A DNA stretch of 56,533 nucleotides, from the IMG/VR virus record IMGVR_UViG_3300028792_000027, positions 1 through 56,533 of that record; one strand, written 5' to 3'. This document shows, piece after piece, positions 54,388 through 56,533 of this stretch (position 1 is its first letter; every line of letters starts with the position of its first letter). The stretch comes from a virus. Taxonomy: Duplodnaviria; Caudoviricetes. The notes beneath the pieces are model-generated. The model was not told the DNA's origin. It did not search any database and saw nothing but the letters and a program-made list of their open reading frames with translations. Both the position numbers and the translations under genes were made by a program.

Positions 54388-55202
54388 ACCGGATCATTGA
54401 GGAGCAGCGGGTAGAGGGCAAGCGGCTCGGGCGTCACGTAAACCACGACCCCCGGTCGCTCGCCTACGCCATCCGGCCCCGAGCCGCCCTCGCCAAGACC
54501 CAACTGTGGCCCCAGCGCATCGCAATCCTCGACCAGGGCAACATCGGAAGCTGCACAGCCAACTCCGCGACCCTCACCCTCGGCTCAGACCCCTACTGGG
54601 ACACCCTCCCAGCATCGGTGCAGGCAGCGTTGAATGAGGCGTACGCCGTCCAGTTGTACCGGGACACCACGAGGACCGACCCGTACCCCGGCGCGTGGGA
54701 GCCCGACGACACCGGAAGTGACGGTGTCTCCGCCGCGAAAGTCGTCCAGAAACGGGGCCTCATCTCCGGCTACGTCCACGCACTGTCCATCGACGCCGTC
54801 ATCACAGGTTTGCAGACCGGGCCGATGCCGACCGGCATCAACTGGTATGAGGGCATGGACAACCCCGACTCGTCCGGGCTGATCCACCCGACCGGCAACG
54901 TCCGGGGCGGGCATGAACCTACCCTCGCCGGTGTCGACGTCGACGCGAAGAAGTTCAGGATCGCGAACTCGTGGGGCGACTCGTGGGGTGACAAAGGGTA
55001 CTGCGACATCACGTTCACAGACTTCGACCAATTGCTGCATGAGCAGGGTGACGCCACAAGCTACGTGCCCAACACAGCCCCCGCGCCGACACCGACGACC
55101 CTGACCCCGAACGCCGCCGACCTCGAATACGCCCAGAAAGCCGGCGCCGCGACGAGACGCACGAAAGCGTACAAGACGTGGGCCGCCGCGCTCGGGCTAT
55201 GA
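54384..55202 (+). CDS. Papain-like (C1) cysteine peptidase
   Basis: LDQGNIGSCT, GGHE, ANSWGDSWGDKG. Confidence 0.85.
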   Translation: MNRIIEEQRVEGKRLGRHVNHDPRSLAYAIRPRAALAKTQLWPQRIAILDQGNIGSCTANSATLTLGSDPYWDTLPASVQAALNEAYAVQLYRDTTRTDPYPGAWEPDDTGSDGVSAAKVVQKRGLISGYVHALSIDAVITGLQTGPMPTGINWYEGMDNPDSSGLIHPTGNVRGGHEPTLAGVDVDAKKFRIANSWGDSWGDKGYCDITFTDFDQLLHEQGDATSYVPNTAPAPTPTTLTPNAADLEYAQKAGAATRRTKAYKTWAAALGL

Positions 55203-55519
55203 CCCTCACACGAACCGTCAGCGCCCGAGCCGGGCGCCTACTGACACGCGCCGCCCGCCTCCTAGCCAGGCAAACCGCGCGGGCCGTGTTCATCGTCGCC
55301 TGGCCCGAACGCCGCCCCCCCACACCCCCAGGCACCACCCTCGCCAGCATGGACACCCTCAGCATCGAACTACATGACGGCCGGGTCGTGTCCGTCTGGT
55401 TCAGGGGGGAACCCCTACCGTTCACAGCTAGACCCGTCACACCAGACCGGGCGGCGGCCGTCGCCGGCATCTACCTCGACCCCCTCCCTAAAATCACCGG
55501 GGTCGACACCGAATGCTGA
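55199..55519 (+). CDS. Hypothetical protein
   Basis: ATGA overlap; start uncertain. Confidence 0.4.
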   Translation: MTLTRTVSARAGRLLTRAARLLARQTARAVFIVAWPERRPPTPPGTTLASMDTLSIELHDGRVVSVWFRGEPLPFTARPVTPDRAAAVAGIYLDPLPKITGVDTEC

Positions 55520-55947
55520 CCAGCCCCGACATCGCCCCCGGTGACGTCCTCGCCGTCCGCACCTCCATATCGCTTATGGAGAAGGCCGTCAACATCGGCG
55601 GGGTCCTCACCGGCGAAACCGGCCTCGACAACCACGTCGTCGTCGTCCACCACACCACGGATGGCGTCCCGTGGGGTGTCGAAGGGAAACCCGGCGGCGT
55701 CGGCTGGGCCGACCTCCGCAGGTACATTCGCGACCCTCACACCGTAGGCAACGCTGAGCAACCCAAAACGCCGCTACAGCGCGCCACCATCACCGAGCTC
55801 GCGACCACAATGCTCGGCACCCCCTACGACTGGGCAGCCATCGCCGACGACGCCCTCACAGCACTCAACCTCCCCGCCCTGTTCGCCGAAGACTGGGACG
55901 GGCACGGCGCACCCGGCCACGTCGTCTGCTCAACCCGCCCATGGTGA
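55513..55947 (+). CDS. Permuted NlpC/P60-like peptidase, possibly truncated
   Basis: PGDVLAV, NHVVV, GTPYDW, VVCS. Confidence 0.6.
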   Translation: MLTSPDIAPGDVLAVRTSISLMEKAVNIGGVLTGETGLDNHVVVVHHTTDGVPWGVEGKPGGVGWADLRRYIRDPHTVGNAEQPKTPLQRATITELATTMLGTPYDWAAIADDALTALNLPALFAEDWDGHGAPGHVVCSTRPW

Positions 55948-56309
55948 CCCGGCCGTGGCTCGCGTGGCCACCCACCCTCGCCGTACTCCTCGGCGCCGCG
56001 ATCCTCGCCGGAGGCGCCACCCGCTTCTCCGGCCCCTCCTTCGTCATACCCCGCACCATCGCGCCGTGGTGGGTCCACGGCACCCTGTTCATCCTCCTCG
56101 GCCTCGCGCAACTCGCGCCCATGCGGCCACGGTTGGAGTGGAAAGTTAAAGCCGCCGCCGCCCTCCCCTACTTGGGCCTCTCAGTCGGCATCGCGTTCTC
56201 CGCCCCGTTGAATCGCACCGTCCCATTCACCGGCGTCATCGTCTACGGCTGGGTCGGCGCCCTACATTTACGGTCAGCCGTCAACCTCCGCGCCCACGCC
56301 CATGCATGA
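55941..56309 (+). CDS. Membrane protein (holin candidate)
   Basis: Four hydrophobic segments in the lysis region. Confidence 0.6.
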   Translation: MVTRPWLAWPPTLAVLLGAAILAGGATRFSGPSFVIPRTIAPWWVHGTLFILLGLAQLAPMRPRLEWKVKAAAALPYLGLSVGIAFSAPLNRTVPFTGVIVYGWVGALHLRSAVNLRAHAHA

Positions 56310-56533
56310 CCCACTCACCCCCGTCGGACAGAGGCACCCCTACGCCGTATGGGGAGCCGCCGTCTGCGCCCTCTCCGGGTTGGGAATCACCCTCGGCGGA
56401 CCCCAACCCAACTCCATCGACGCCACCCTCCCCACCGCGTTCGTCCACATCTGGGGCGCCATACTCCTACTCGGAGGCGCCGCCCTACTCATCTCCAACA
56501 TCATCCGCGACCCCGTACTAGCCATCCTCCTCG
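56302..56533 (+). CDS. Membrane protein, partial (runs off the window)
   Basis: MHDPLTPVGQRHPYAVWGAAVCALSGLG..WGAILLLGGAALL. Confidence 0.6.
   Translation, partial: MHDPLTPVGQRHPYAVWGAAVCALSGLGITLGGPQPNSIDATLPTAFVHIWGAILLLGGAALLISNIIRDPVLAILL

Overview
A high-GC (actinobacterial) siphophage virion-morphogenesis and lysis region. The head/tail core resembles mycobacteriophage cluster B: portal (18.5 kb), MuF-protease fusion (24 kb), separate hexamer/pentamer capsid proteins (29.8-32.6 kb), tail tube, neck genes, frameshifted tail chaperone, tape measure, Dit/minor tails and a multi-enzyme lysis cassette. This core is interleaved with a large set of fibre/adhesin/glycanase genes (GH16, GH26, beta-helices, FN3, PKD, Mtd_N), three DNA methyltransferases and leftward accessory operons. 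No terminase, integrase, polymerase or sigma factor is visible in the window. Main unexplained structure: (1) an 18-copy promoter-like element CCGGACG-N8-nAnnnT-N5-7-start codon on both strands; (2) a shared ~45-aa N-terminal domain fused to different payloads in 4-5 genes; (3) a multibranched ~136-nt candidate ncRNA with a T-loop-like arm, antisense between the tail and lysin genes; (4) an identical 17-mer in the leaders of the major capsid and major tail genes. All family calls come from motif recognition by eye, not database searches.
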